DNA from: Thermodesulfovibrio sp.
GTDB lineage: Bacteria > Nitrospirota > Thermodesulfovibrionia > Thermodesulfovibrionales > Thermodesulfovibrionaceae
Direction: 5' to 3'
Length of the DNA: 64,000 nt
NCBI GenBank assembly: GCA_025057595.1
Contig: JANXBK010000006.1
Span: 5,137 to 69,136 of the forward strand
Shown: piece by piece, positions 41,132 to 50,275 of the stretch
How the letters are laid out: every line of letters begins with the position of its first letter
Position numbering within the stretch: position 1 is the stretch's first letter
Notes under the pieces: model-generated
What the model was told of the DNA's origin: nothing
The model's input: only the letters and a program-made list of their open reading frames with translations
The model's database searches: none
Position numbers and translations under genes: made by a program

Positions 41132-42219
41132 TTATTCTTTATCTCCACTTTTGCACCTGGAGTAAGTCTTAACTGCCCATCAATGACAACAGTTTCTCCA
41201 GCATTTAAACCATCTTCAACTACAACTTCATCTCCAAATCTAAAACCAACTTTAATTTGTCTTATCTCAGCAGTTCTATTCTGCTTAATTACAAAGACAT
41301 AATGTCCTTGTTGACCCATTTGTAAAGCTCTATAAGGAATAACCAAAGCATTCTTTTTTATACCAATAGTTAGCACTACATTAACAAACTGCCCTGGCCA
41401 AAGCATCTTGTCTTTGTTAGGAAACTCTGCTTTGAGCTTTATTGTACCTGTAGCTGGATCAATTGTATTATCAATAAATACCACCTTACCTACAGCAGTA
41501 TAATTTGTATCAGAAGCTTTTAGGATTACCTCTGTTTTAAGAGTTCCTTGTGTCATAGCTTTTTTTACCCTTATGAGCTCTTGTTCAGGAATAGAGAAAC
41601 GAACATAAATTGGTACTATTTGATTTATAGTTGCAATTTGAGTTTCATTTGCCTTTATCATATTCCCTGGATGAACAAAAAGTGAACCAATCTTGCCATC
41701 AATTGGAGAGCGAATATAACAGTAACTGAGCTGAAGTTTTGCATGCTCAACAACTGCCTCATCAGCTTTAACAGTTGCTTTAAGTGATTCATAAGTTGCT
41801 CTTATTTTTTCATACTGTTGCCTTGATACAAGCTCATCTTTGAGAAGCTCCTCATATCTTTCTAAATCAGCTTTTGCAAACTCAAGCTGTGCTCTGTTTT
41901 TCAGAAGATTTGCCTCTGCCTGCTTTACAGCTTCCTGAAAAGATCTCGGATCAATAAGGAAAAGAAGTTGACCTTTTTTAACTTCGTCTCCTTCTTTAAT
42001 ATAGGCTTCAAGAAGCTGTCCTTCAATCCTTGATTTAATTGTAACTGTTGAATAGGCTTCAACATTTCCTATTGCTGTAAGATGTACAGGCACATCTTTC
42101 ATAGATACCTCAGAAATAACCACTGGTACAGGAGGCGGTTGTTTTTTTTGTTCCGATTTAGAGCAAGAAAAAGGTAAAAAACATAAAAGAAAAATTATAA
42201 TTAATATAAATAGCTTCAT
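41128..42219 (-). CDS. RND periplasmic adaptor, MdtA-like lipoprotein
   Basis: Lipobox FSC, IRSPIDG, TGTIKLKA, LWPGQFV. Confidence 0.92.
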   Translation of the reverse strand: MKLFILIIIFLLCFLPFSCSKSEQKKQPPPVPVVISEVSMKDVPVHLTAIGNVEAYSTVTIKSRIEGQLLEAYIKEGDEVKKGQLLFLIDPRSFQEAVKQAEANLLKNRAQLEFAKADLERYEELLKDELVSRQQYEKIRATYESLKATVKADEAVVEHAKLQLSYCYIRSPIDGKIGSLFVHPGNMIKANETQIATINQIVPIYVRFSIPEQELIRVKKAMTQGTLKTEVILKASDTNYTAVGKVVFIDNTIDPATGTIKLKAEFPNKDKMLWPGQFVNVVLTIGIKKNALVIPYRALQMGQQGHYVFVIKQNRTAEIRQIKVGFRFGDEVVVEDGLNAGETVVIDGQLRLTPGAKVEIKNK

Positions 42220-42250
42220 TCAACCCCCTTGTAGCATGTAAGTACTTACT

Positions 42251-42337
42251 AAAATAAATTAAAATTTCTGATTTTGTCAATACAAAAATAATAAATTTTT
42301 TTATAAGTTGACTTTTTTAGATAAGCTATACTACTCT
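42251..42337. promoter_or_regulatory. Divergent promoters for the RND operon and the tol operon
   Basis: Minus strand: TTGACA(42280-75)-18-TATTTT. Plus strand: TTGACT(42308-13)-18-TACTCT. Confidence 0.45.
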
Positions 42338-42349
42338 ATTTATTGTTGA

Positions 42350-42973
42350 ATGGAACTTACAGTTATTGACTTAATAAAACAAACAGGAATTGTTGCAAAG
42401 GTTGTTTTAATTATTCTTCTTTTCTTTTCTATTTTTTCTTGGACAATAATATTTTATAAACTAAAGGTTTTAAAAAAGATGAAAAAAGAAGATGACAAAT
42501 TTTTTGAAATATTTATAAACTCCCACTCCTCAAAAGATTTATTTTCTCAAGCAAAAAGATTTGATAACTCTCCTATGGCCTCTCTCTTTAGGAATATTTA
42601 TACTGAAGTTCAAGGGAAAAATCCCATTAATCTTGAGGCAATATTAAGAAAATACTTATCTGAAGAAATATATAAAATTGAAAGCTATCTTGGTTTTCTT
42701 GCTACAACTGGCTCAACTACACCATTTATAGGACTGTTTGGAACTGTTTGGGGAATAATGGATGCCTTTAGAGCAATTGGAGTAAAAGGTTCAGCTTCTT
42801 TAGCTACGGTAGCACCTGGCATAGCAGAAGCTTTGGTGACAACTGCTGCTGGACTGTTTACAGCTATTCCTGCAGTTGTAGCTTATAACTACTTTGTATC
42901 TCGGTCAAATAAGATTATTAATGAATTAAGTGACTTTACTGAAAATTTAATGAAATATCGATGGCAGGATTAA
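42350..42973 (+). CDS. tolQ: Tol system protein TolQ
   Basis: TPFIGLFGTVWGIM, GIAEAL, AIPAV. Confidence 0.92.
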   Translation: MELTVIDLIKQTGIVAKVVLIILLFFSIFSWTIIFYKLKVLKKMKKEDDKFFEIFINSHSSKDLFSQAKRFDNSPMASLFRNIYTEVQGKNPINLEAILRKYLSEEIYKIESYLGFLATTGSTTPFIGLFGTVWGIMDAFRAIGVKGSASLATVAPGIAEALVTTAAGLFTAIPAVVAYNYFVSRSNKIINELSDFTENLMKYRWQD

Positions 42974-43365
42974 TTCAAAAAAGAAGATCAACTATAGCAG
43001 AGATAAATGTTATACCCTTGGTAGACATAGTATTGGTTCTTTTAATAATTTTCATGATCACTGCCCCATTACTTAAAGAAGGAATCGATGTAAATTTACC
43101 TAAAGCTAAAGGGAAAGCTATTGAAGAAACAGAAAAAATCAATATTGTTATAACTAAGGAAGGAAAAATATTCGTAAATGATAGATTAACAAATATTGAA
43201 ACTCTTCCGACAATTCTTTCAACTTATAAAGATACTCAAGCAACTGTGTTACTAAAAGCTGATAAAGATGTTTCATATGGAGTCGTAGTTGAGGTAATGG
43301 GAGAGATAAAGGCATCAGGAATAGAAAGAATAGGAATGATAACAGAGCCTAAAGAAATTAGATGA
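42961..43365 (+). CDS. tolR: Tol system protein TolR
   Basis: EINVIPLVDIVLVLLIIFMITAP. Confidence 0.92.
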   Translation: MAGLIQKRRSTIAEINVIPLVDIVLVLLIIFMITAPLLKEGIDVNLPKAKGKAIEETEKINIVITKEGKIFVNDRLTNIETLPTILSTYKDTQATVLLKADKDVSYGVVVEVMGEIKASGIERIGMITEPKEIR

Positions 43366-43961
43366 CTAAGAAGTTTTATTTCTCCCTTTTTTTGTCTATT
43401 TTTTCTCATATAGTTTTTCTTTTATTGATTTTGTTCAGCATTAAAAACTTAGCTCAGGATTTTAAAAAAAATTTAACATATGTCAGTTTAATATATTACG
43501 AAGAAAGAAGCATTAAGAATTTAATAGAAAAGAAACCTAAGCAACAGGTCTCGATTCAGAAACCTGTAGAAAAAACTGAGAAAGTATCAAAAAATGAGGA
43601 GCTACTCAAAGAAAGACTCCATGCTTTAATGGCTAAAAAAAGAGTATTTGAAAAACTACAGGCAGGTTCTGTAGAGCTATCTGGACAAAAAGAGAGTTTT
43701 TCAGGGATATCAAATAGTTACCTCTTATTAATCTCGGAAAGAATAAGACAAAAATGGGTTATACCAGATACTGTTCCAAAGACTCTAGAAGCAGTTGTCT
43801 CAGTAAGAATTCTAGCCAATGGAGACGTCTTTATTGAAGGTTTTGAGAAAAGCTCGGGAAATACTATTTTTGACTCATCGGTTATAAAAGCTATAAGAAA
43901 TTCCTCCCCTTTACCTCCTCCTAAAAGAGAGATTTTAGTTGGATTAAGGTTTAAACCATGA
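43362..43961 (+). CDS. tolA: Short TolA/TonB-like protein
   Basis: TM with SxxxH motif; C-terminal SSGN..FD.S...A...SPLP. Confidence 0.8.
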   Translation: MTKKFYFSLFLSIFSHIVFLLLILFSIKNLAQDFKKNLTYVSLIYYEERSIKNLIEKKPKQQVSIQKPVEKTEKVSKNEELLKERLHALMAKKRVFEKLQAGSVELSGQKESFSGISNSYLLLISERIRQKWVIPDTVPKTLEAVVSVRILANGDVFIEGFEKSSGNTIFDSSVIKAIRNSSPLPPPKREILVGLRFKP

Positions 43962-45136
43962 AAAAACTATGTTTCGGAGCAATTTTAGTCTTTTTTATAC
44001 TTGATAAATCCTTTGCAGAAAAAATATATCTAGATATTACTCAACCACATATAAAAAAACTTACAGTAGCAGTTGAAGGCTTTGAAAATGCTTCGATAGT
44101 TTTTAGAATGATAAAAGAAAATTTAGAATTTACAGAATATTTTAGGGTTTATGGTCCTTTTCCTCTTAGAGATGAAAAATTTGATTCATCTTTATGGAGA
44201 AATTCTGATGTTGAGATTGTTATTAAAGCAAAAACAGAAGAAAAGATTTTATTGGAAATCTATGCTGTTACATCAGACACGCCGATTTTTACCAAAGAGT
44301 ATGCTCTAAAAAATGACGAGTCTACCGGAAATCTGATAGCCTCCGAAATATACAGAATTCTTACAGGAAAAGATTCACCCTTTTTTAATCGTTTTGTTTT
44401 TTTAAGAAAATTTAAAAACTCTACAGGAATATTTATAAGTAATTGGAGTGGTAAAAATATCTTTGATACAGGAATTAGAAGAGAGATTATTTCAAAAGCT
44501 ATTTTAAAAGGAAACAAAATCTTTTATTCTGCACTTCAGGGAAAGCTCTGGCATATAGAGGTTTTTGACCTTTCTTCAAAGGAAAATAGAGAGATTATAA
44601 AAAGTAAAGCATTACTTCAACTTGGTGACGTAATAAATGAGCATCAATTTATTTATATTCAAAATGATGGAGAGTTATCTGAAATTAAGATAAGTGATTT
44701 ATTAGGAAAAGGTAGAACTATAATATCATCAAGATGGGTTGAATCTTCTCCACGTTGGCACGACTCACAAATACTCTTCGTATCAAATAAAGGCGGTTCT
44801 CCTCAAATTTATCAAACCAAAGAAGGAACCTCTTCAAGAAGAGTCACCTTTCAGGGCAAATACAATACAGAACCCACAATAAGTCCGGATGGGAAAAAAG
44901 TTGCTTTCTCATCTTTTATTGAGGGCTTTCAAATCCATATTCTTGACTTAATCTCAGGAGTACAAACTCAAATAACAAAAGAGGGTAATAATGAGCAACC
45001 TTCCTTCTGCCCTGATGGACATTTTCTTACGATAATGTCTGACAGAAGAGGAAGAAAAGAGATATATCTTGTAAGTGTAGATGGATTAATTCAGAAACCT
45101 TTAACTACAGGATATCTTCCTTACTGCACAAAATGA
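43958..45136 (+). CDS. tolB: TolB-like beta-propeller protein
   Basis: Signal peptide; PD40 repeats (SPQIY, PTISPDG, PSFCPDG). Confidence 0.82.
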   Translation: MKKLCFGAILVFFILDKSFAEKIYLDITQPHIKKLTVAVEGFENASIVFRMIKENLEFTEYFRVYGPFPLRDEKFDSSLWRNSDVEIVIKAKTEEKILLEIYAVTSDTPIFTKEYALKNDESTGNLIASEIYRILTGKDSPFFNRFVFLRKFKNSTGIFISNWSGKNIFDTGIRREIISKAILKGNKIFYSALQGKLWHIEVFDLSSKENREIIKSKALLQLGDVINEHQFIYIQNDGELSEIKISDLLGKGRTIISSRWVESSPRWHDSQILFVSNKGGSPQIYQTKEGTSSRRVTFQGKYNTEPTISPDGKKVAFSSFIEGFQIHILDLISGVQTQITKEGNNEQPSFCPDGHFLTIMSDRRGRKEIYLVSVDGLIQKPLTTGYLPYCTK

Positions 45137-45144
45137 CACTTTAA

Positions 45145-46314
45145 ATGATCGCATCAGGAGTAGATAGATTTGAAAAATCTTTTCCTAAAAGATTTTATAA
45201 ACTTAAAACAGGACTACTTATTCATCCTGCGTCTGTAAATAAAAAACTTACTCACACTAAAGATATTCTCCTTAAAAGCAAAAAAATTAAAGTAACTGCC
45301 TTATTTGGTCCTCAACATGGAATATTTGGTGATACTCAAGACAACATGATTGAGTGGGAGGGATTTATTGATAAAGATACAGGACTACCTGTTTACAGCC
45401 TTTATGGAAAAACAAGAAAGCCTACATTTGAGATGCTTAAAAATATTGATATTTTAATCATAGATCTTCAGGATATAGGTGCGCGATACTACACTTTTGT
45501 CTGGACAATGGCTCTATGTATGGAGGCCTGTGAAGAAGCAGGAGTTCCCCTGATAATCCTTGACAGAGTAAACCCAATTGGAGGTCATTCAGTAGAAGGT
45601 CCTGTGCTTAAAAGAGAGTTTTCATCTTTTGTTGGAATTCATCCTTTACCGATAAGACATGGAATGACAATTGGTGAACTTGCTTTATATTTTAAAGACA
45701 GATTCTATCCCAAACTTGATCTTACAGTTATAACACTAAAAGGATGGAGACGTAATCAATGGTTTGATGAAACAGGACTTCCATGGGTTATGCCCTCTCC
45801 GAATATACCAACTCTTCAGACTGCAGTGGTATATCCTGGTATGTGTCTTTTAGAGGGAACAATCTTAAGTGAGGGTAGAGGCACTACAAGACCCTTTGAG
45901 ATTTTTGGTGCACCCTTTATTGATCCTGAAAAACTCATAAAAAAACTTAAAGATTTTAGACTAAAAGGTGTTTTCTTTAGACCTCTTTATTTTACACCTA
46001 CATTTAATAAGTTTTCAGGTGAACTTTGTGGTGGTGCACAGATACATGTGATTGACAGAGAAAAATTTAAACCCTTTAAAACTGCTGTGGCGATTTTACT
46101 TGCTATCTGCGAGCTTTATCCGAATGTTAATTTATGGAGACAACCTCCATATGAGTATGAGTTTGAAAAACTTCCCTTTGATATTCTTGTAGGCTCTGAT
46201 AAACTAAGAAAGGATATTGAAAAAGGCATACAACTGAAAGATATTGAGCTGTGGTGGAAAAAGGAAGCTTTAGAATTCGAAAAAATAAGAAATCAATATT
46301 TGCTTTATGATTAA
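45145..46314 (+). CDS. namZ: Exo-beta-N-acetylmuramidase NamZ (DUF1343)
   Basis: FGPQHG, DLQDIGARYYT, RHGMTIGE, PSPN, SEGRGT. Confidence 0.9.
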   Translation: MIASGVDRFEKSFPKRFYKLKTGLLIHPASVNKKLTHTKDILLKSKKIKVTALFGPQHGIFGDTQDNMIEWEGFIDKDTGLPVYSLYGKTRKPTFEMLKNIDILIIDLQDIGARYYTFVWTMALCMEACEEAGVPLIILDRVNPIGGHSVEGPVLKREFSSFVGIHPLPIRHGMTIGELALYFKDRFYPKLDLTVITLKGWRRNQWFDETGLPWVMPSPNIPTLQTAVVYPGMCLLEGTILSEGRGTTRPFEIFGAPFIDPEKLIKKLKDFRLKGVFFRPLYFTPTFNKFSGELCGGAQIHVIDREKFKPFKTAVAILLAICELYPNVNLWRQPPYEYEFEKLPFDILVGSDKLRKDIEKGIQLKDIELWWKKEALEFEKIRNQYLLYD

Positions 46315-48157
46315 AGGCTTTATTTTGGCTGCAGGATTTTCAAAAAGACTCAGACCAATTACAGAGCATATTCCAAAACCTCTCTTGCCAATAGCAGGTG
46401 AGATTATGCTTGATAGAATTTATAAGTTTTTAAAATCTTTGGAAATTACAGAAATAGGAATTAATCTCCATTATAAGGCAGATGAAATAGAAAACTACAT
46501 TAAGGGAAATAATCTTTCGCTTGAAATATTTCATGAAAGAGATATTCTTGATACAGCTGGAGCACTATATAATGCAAAAAATTTTCTTAAAGACTGTATC
46601 GTCATCGTCCATAACTCTGATATCTATTGGGATGGAAATATAAAAGAAGCTATTGAATGGCATCTAAATTTAGAAAATGCTATTACTCTCTTAGTTCATG
46701 ACCATTCTTCAAACAAAAAACTAATTGTTGACAGCGAAGGTAACTTAGTCGGACTTACAAATCTTAAATCTTCAACCCACTTTCAGTCTCTTTTTGCCTT
46801 TACAGGAGTTGCTATATACAACTCTGATGTATTAAAAATTTTGTCCGAAGGTCCTTCATCAGTCATTGATTTATGGTTTAAAGCCAAAGAAAATGGCTTC
46901 AAAGTCAAAGTTTTTCCTGTAAAATATAACTTTTGGTTTGATATAGGCACACCAGTTGGGTTTGCCTCCGCGGTATTCGATAAACTGAAAAGAAATTTTA
47001 CCTCTCTTTATGTTCATCCAACTTCATCAGGATGTGAGCTGATAGATCTGGAAGGAAATGTAGTAATTGAAAGAAATGTAAGAATTGAAAAACCTTTCAG
47101 AGGTAAAAATCTTATTATTTTACCTGAAACAGTCTTTTCAAAAAAGATAAAACAGATTTCAAATTGCATCATCGGTAAAAACTTCATTGTCTCCATTTGT
47201 GGTTGGCAGAAACAAAAGGAAAACTTATCCTCTGGTGGCTCTACAAGAAACTATTTTAGAAAACAAAAAAAAGTCTTTTGTGAATGGGAAGAAGTAAATG
47301 AGGAATTTAAAAAAACTGTTATATTGGGAAAGTTTTTTAGACAAAAAGGCTTCCCAGTTCCAAATATAATTGATGTAATTCAGGAAAAAAAATTAATTGT
47401 TTTTGAAGATCTCGGAAATTTAACTCTTTACAGTTGGTTACAATGCCGAAGAAAAGAAGAGGAGATAATCAACATCTACAAAAAAGTAATTGAAAATATT
47501 ATAAATTTACATTGGAGGATCTCATCAGAGACATCCCAGTTGGAGATATCTCTACCAGAGTTTGACTATGAATATTTTAGATGGGAAAGCAACTATTTTC
47601 TGAGAGAGTGTGTAGAAGGAGTTTTTAAACTAAATCTGTTTGATTTTAAAACTGGCTTACAGCAAGAACTTCACCTTATTGCAGAAAAATTATCACAGAC
47701 AAAAAAGGTAATTCTTCATAGAGATCTACAAAGCCAAAACATAATGCTCAAGGACAAAAAAGTCTATTTTGTAGACTATCAATCAGCAAGATGGGGGCCA
47801 GCAGGATATGATTTAGCTTCTTTGCTTTGGGATCCTTATATTTATCTAACCGACAAAATTAGGGAGAAACTTATTAATTTTTATATTGAAAATTTACCAA
47901 CTTTTAATTTTCAACCTAAAGCTTTTTTTGAAGAGCTTTTACTTTGCAGAATTCAAAGACATATGCAAACATTAGGTGCTTACAGTTTTTTATCTCTCAA
48001 AAGAAATAAAAAAAACTTTCTAAAATTTATTCCTTCTGCCTTGAATTTACTTTATGAGGATATTAAGGAATACTCTACTGAAATGTGTAATTTGAAAGAA
48101 CTTGTTCTTAGGTTAAAGACGCATCAAGAAGGTCTTAAAGATTTATTAGTAAATTAA
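46307..48157 (+). CDS. Fusion of MurU-like nucleotidyltransferase and AmgK-like anomeric sugar kinase
   Basis: N-term ILAAG...RLRPIT..PKPL; C-term GGSTRNYFR, EDLG, HRDLQSQN, DYQ, YDLASLL. Confidence 0.8.
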   Translation: MIKGFILAAGFSKRLRPITEHIPKPLLPIAGEIMLDRIYKFLKSLEITEIGINLHYKADEIENYIKGNNLSLEIFHERDILDTAGALYNAKNFLKDCIVIVHNSDIYWDGNIKEAIEWHLNLENAITLLVHDHSSNKKLIVDSEGNLVGLTNLKSSTHFQSLFAFTGVAIYNSDVLKILSEGPSSVIDLWFKAKENGFKVKVFPVKYNFWFDIGTPVGFASAVFDKLKRNFTSLYVHPTSSGCELIDLEGNVVIERNVRIEKPFRGKNLIILPETVFSKKIKQISNCIIGKNFIVSICGWQKQKENLSSGGSTRNYFRKQKKVFCEWEEVNEEFKKTVILGKFFRQKGFPVPNIIDVIQEKKLIVFEDLGNLTLYSWLQCRRKEEEIINIYKKVIENIINLHWRISSETSQLEISLPEFDYEYFRWESNYFLRECVEGVFKLNLFDFKTGLQQELHLIAEKLSQTKKVILHRDLQSQNIMLKDKKVYFVDYQSARWGPAGYDLASLLWDPYIYLTDKIREKLINFYIENLPTFNFQPKAFFEELLLCRIQRHMQTLGAYSFLSLKRNKKNFLKFIPSALNLLYEDIKEYSTEMCNLKELVLRLKTHQEGLKDLLVN

Positions 48158-48853
48158 AACTCCGTCAATCATTCTCAGTCTTCTTGAGCATCTCTGAGCA
48201 ATAGCTTCATTATGGGTGACAATAATAAATGTGGTACTCCATTTATTATTAATTTTTTCAAAAAGCTCAAAAAGCTCAAAAGCTGATTTTGAATCAAGAT
48301 TTCCTGTTGGCTCATCAGCCAAAACAACTTTTGGATTTCTAAAAAGTGCTCGGGCAACCGCTACCTTCTGTTGCTGTCCTCCTGAGAGTTCTCCTGGTAA
48401 ATGAAGGGCAAATCTCTCAAGATCTAACTCTTTAAGTAAGTTGAAGGCTTTATCCTTTAAATCTTGTTTAATCTTTGAATTACCTATATATGAACCTATA
48501 AGCTCTGGCATTATGATATTTTCAATAACATTAAACTCTGTAAGAAGATAGTGAAATTGAAATACAAAACCTATATATCTATTACGAAAATTAGAAATAG
48601 ACAAACCTTTAAGTGTAAAGGGATTTATAAACTCTCCATCAAGATTATATAAAACTTCTCCTTCAGTTGGTTTCTCAAGAGTTCCCAATATATGCAAAAA
48701 TGTGCTTTTTCCAACTCCACTTGCACCAGTTATTGCTACTATCTCTCCCTCATAAGCAAAAAAATCAACACCTCTAAGAACTTCTAACACTGATGCTTTT
48801 GTTTGGAAGGTTTTTTTTAAGTTTTTAGTTATTAATATCTTTCTTTCTTTCAT
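48146..48853 (-). CDS. lolD: Lipoprotein-releasing ABC transporter ATPase
   Basis: GASGVGKST, GFVFQFHYLL LolD motif, DEPTGNLD. Confidence 0.92.
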   Translation of the reverse strand: MKERKILITKNLKKTFQTKASVLEVLRGVDFFAYEGEIVAITGASGVGKSTFLHILGTLEKPTEGEVLYNLDGEFINPFTLKGLSISNFRNRYIGFVFQFHYLLTEFNVIENIIMPELIGSYIGNSKIKQDLKDKAFNLLKELDLERFALHLPGELSGGQQQKVAVARALFRNPKVVLADEPTGNLDSKSAFELFELFEKINNKWSTTFIIVTHNEAIAQRCSRRLRMIDGVLIY

Positions 48854-49070
48854 TTTTGAGCGATTTTTCTATCTTATTGATTCTTTTCTTAACTTCTTTG
48901 TGAATTTTGTCTGCTTCCTCTGAGGCTTTATAAAAAGCTTTTTTTATTATTCCTGTTGTTTTATCTCCTAAATCTTTAATTTTATTTCCACCAAACAAAA
49001 CAGCAATAATCGTAAATGCAATAAAAACTATTATACTTAAGCATCCTAATGCTTTAATAAGTTTAAACAT
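48825..49070 (-). CDS. Small hypothetical single-TM protein
   Basis: 81-aa ORF overlapping the lolE stop and lolD start; hydrophobic N-terminus and basic helix. Confidence 0.6.
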   Translation of the reverse strand: MFKLIKALGCLSIIVFIAFTIIAVLFGGNKIKDLGDKTTGIIKKAFYKASEEADKIHKEVKKRINKIEKSLKNERKKDINN

Positions 49071-50275
49071 TACTCATACCTCAAAATCTCAACAGGATTT
49101 AATTTAGATGCTTTATGGGCTGGATAGATTGTAGAAATTAAGCTTATAAAGAGTGCTGACAAAGAAATCAAAAACACATCTAAAAGTTTAACTTTTACTG
49201 GTAGTTTACTTAAATAATAAACATCTGCAGGAAGTTTAACAATTTCATAATTTTTAATAATTTCACAAATTATAAGACCTCCTCCGATTCCAATTAAAGT
49301 TCCTACAACTCCTATAATAAAGCCCTGCGCCATAAAAATAAACTTTATCAACCTATCAGAAGCTCCCATTGATTTAAGAATAGCTATATCTTTTCTTTTT
49401 TCTGTAACATTAACCATAAGCATACTGACAATATTGAAGGATGCAACAAGAACAATTAAAATAAGTATGATAAACATGGCAAATTTTTCAAGTTTAAGTG
49501 CAGAAAAGAGATTTCTATTCATCTGCATCCAGTCTTTAATATAAAAATCATGATTAAGCTCCTTGGCAACTTTCTTTGAAAATATATCGGCTTTGTATAT
49601 ATCTTTAAGTTTAACTTGAATTCCTGTAACTTTATTTCCGTAGTCAAAAAACTCTTGCGCTACTTTAAGATCAGTTATAACAAGATTAGCATCATATTCA
49701 AACATTCCTATCTCAAAAATTCCAGTAACTACAAATTTTCTTATCTTAGGCATAATTCCAAGCGGTCCTATACTTCCCATAGGTGAAACAGCAGTTACCA
49801 TGTCTCCTGGAAGAATACCTAATTGAGTTGCGAGCTCTTTTCCAATGATTATCCAAGCTTCGTCTCCATAGTAACTAATCCTGTATTTTATATGATTGAA
49901 AACTTCTGTTGTTTCTCTATCAAACTCAGGAATAATGCCTCTTATATAAACTCCGCGGGCCTTCCTTCCTGATACAATCAATGCCTGTCCCATAACAAAT
50001 GGAGATGAAGCAACAACATCTTCTTTTTTTCTTAGAAAACTCATAAGCTCATTGTAGTTTATTATTCCACCAGAGTAACTTAAAAGGACTGCATGAGCTT
50101 GAGTACTGAGAATCTTTTTTTGTAAGTCCTCATGAAATCCACTAATTACTGAAATAACAACTATTAATGCTGTAACTCCTAAAGCTACACCCGAGATTGA
50201 GATAATACTTGCAAAGGAGATTCTTTTTGCTCTACCCCTAATATATCTTAATGCAATAAAAATAGGTAAATTCAT
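49070..50275 (-). CDS. lolE: Lipoprotein-releasing ABC transporter permease LolC/E (single copy, LolF-type)
   Basis: IALRY, ALIVVISV..GF, DIAILKSMGA, PVEILRYE. Confidence 0.88.
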   Translation of the reverse strand: MNLPIFIALRYIRGRAKRISFASIISISGVALGVTALIVVISVISGFHEDLQKKILSTQAHAVLLSYSGGIINYNELMSFLRKKEDVVASSPFVMGQALIVSGRKARGVYIRGIIPEFDRETTEVFNHIKYRISYYGDEAWIIIGKELATQLGILPGDMVTAVSPMGSIGPLGIMPKIRKFVVTGIFEIGMFEYDANLVITDLKVAQEFFDYGNKVTGIQVKLKDIYKADIFSKKVAKELNHDFYIKDWMQMNRNLFSALKLEKFAMFIILILIVLVASFNIVSMLMVNVTEKRKDIAILKSMGASDRLIKFIFMAQGFIIGVVGTLIGIGGGLIICEIIKNYEIVKLPADVYYLSKLPVKVKLLDVFLISLSALFISLISTIYPAHKASKLNPVEILRYE

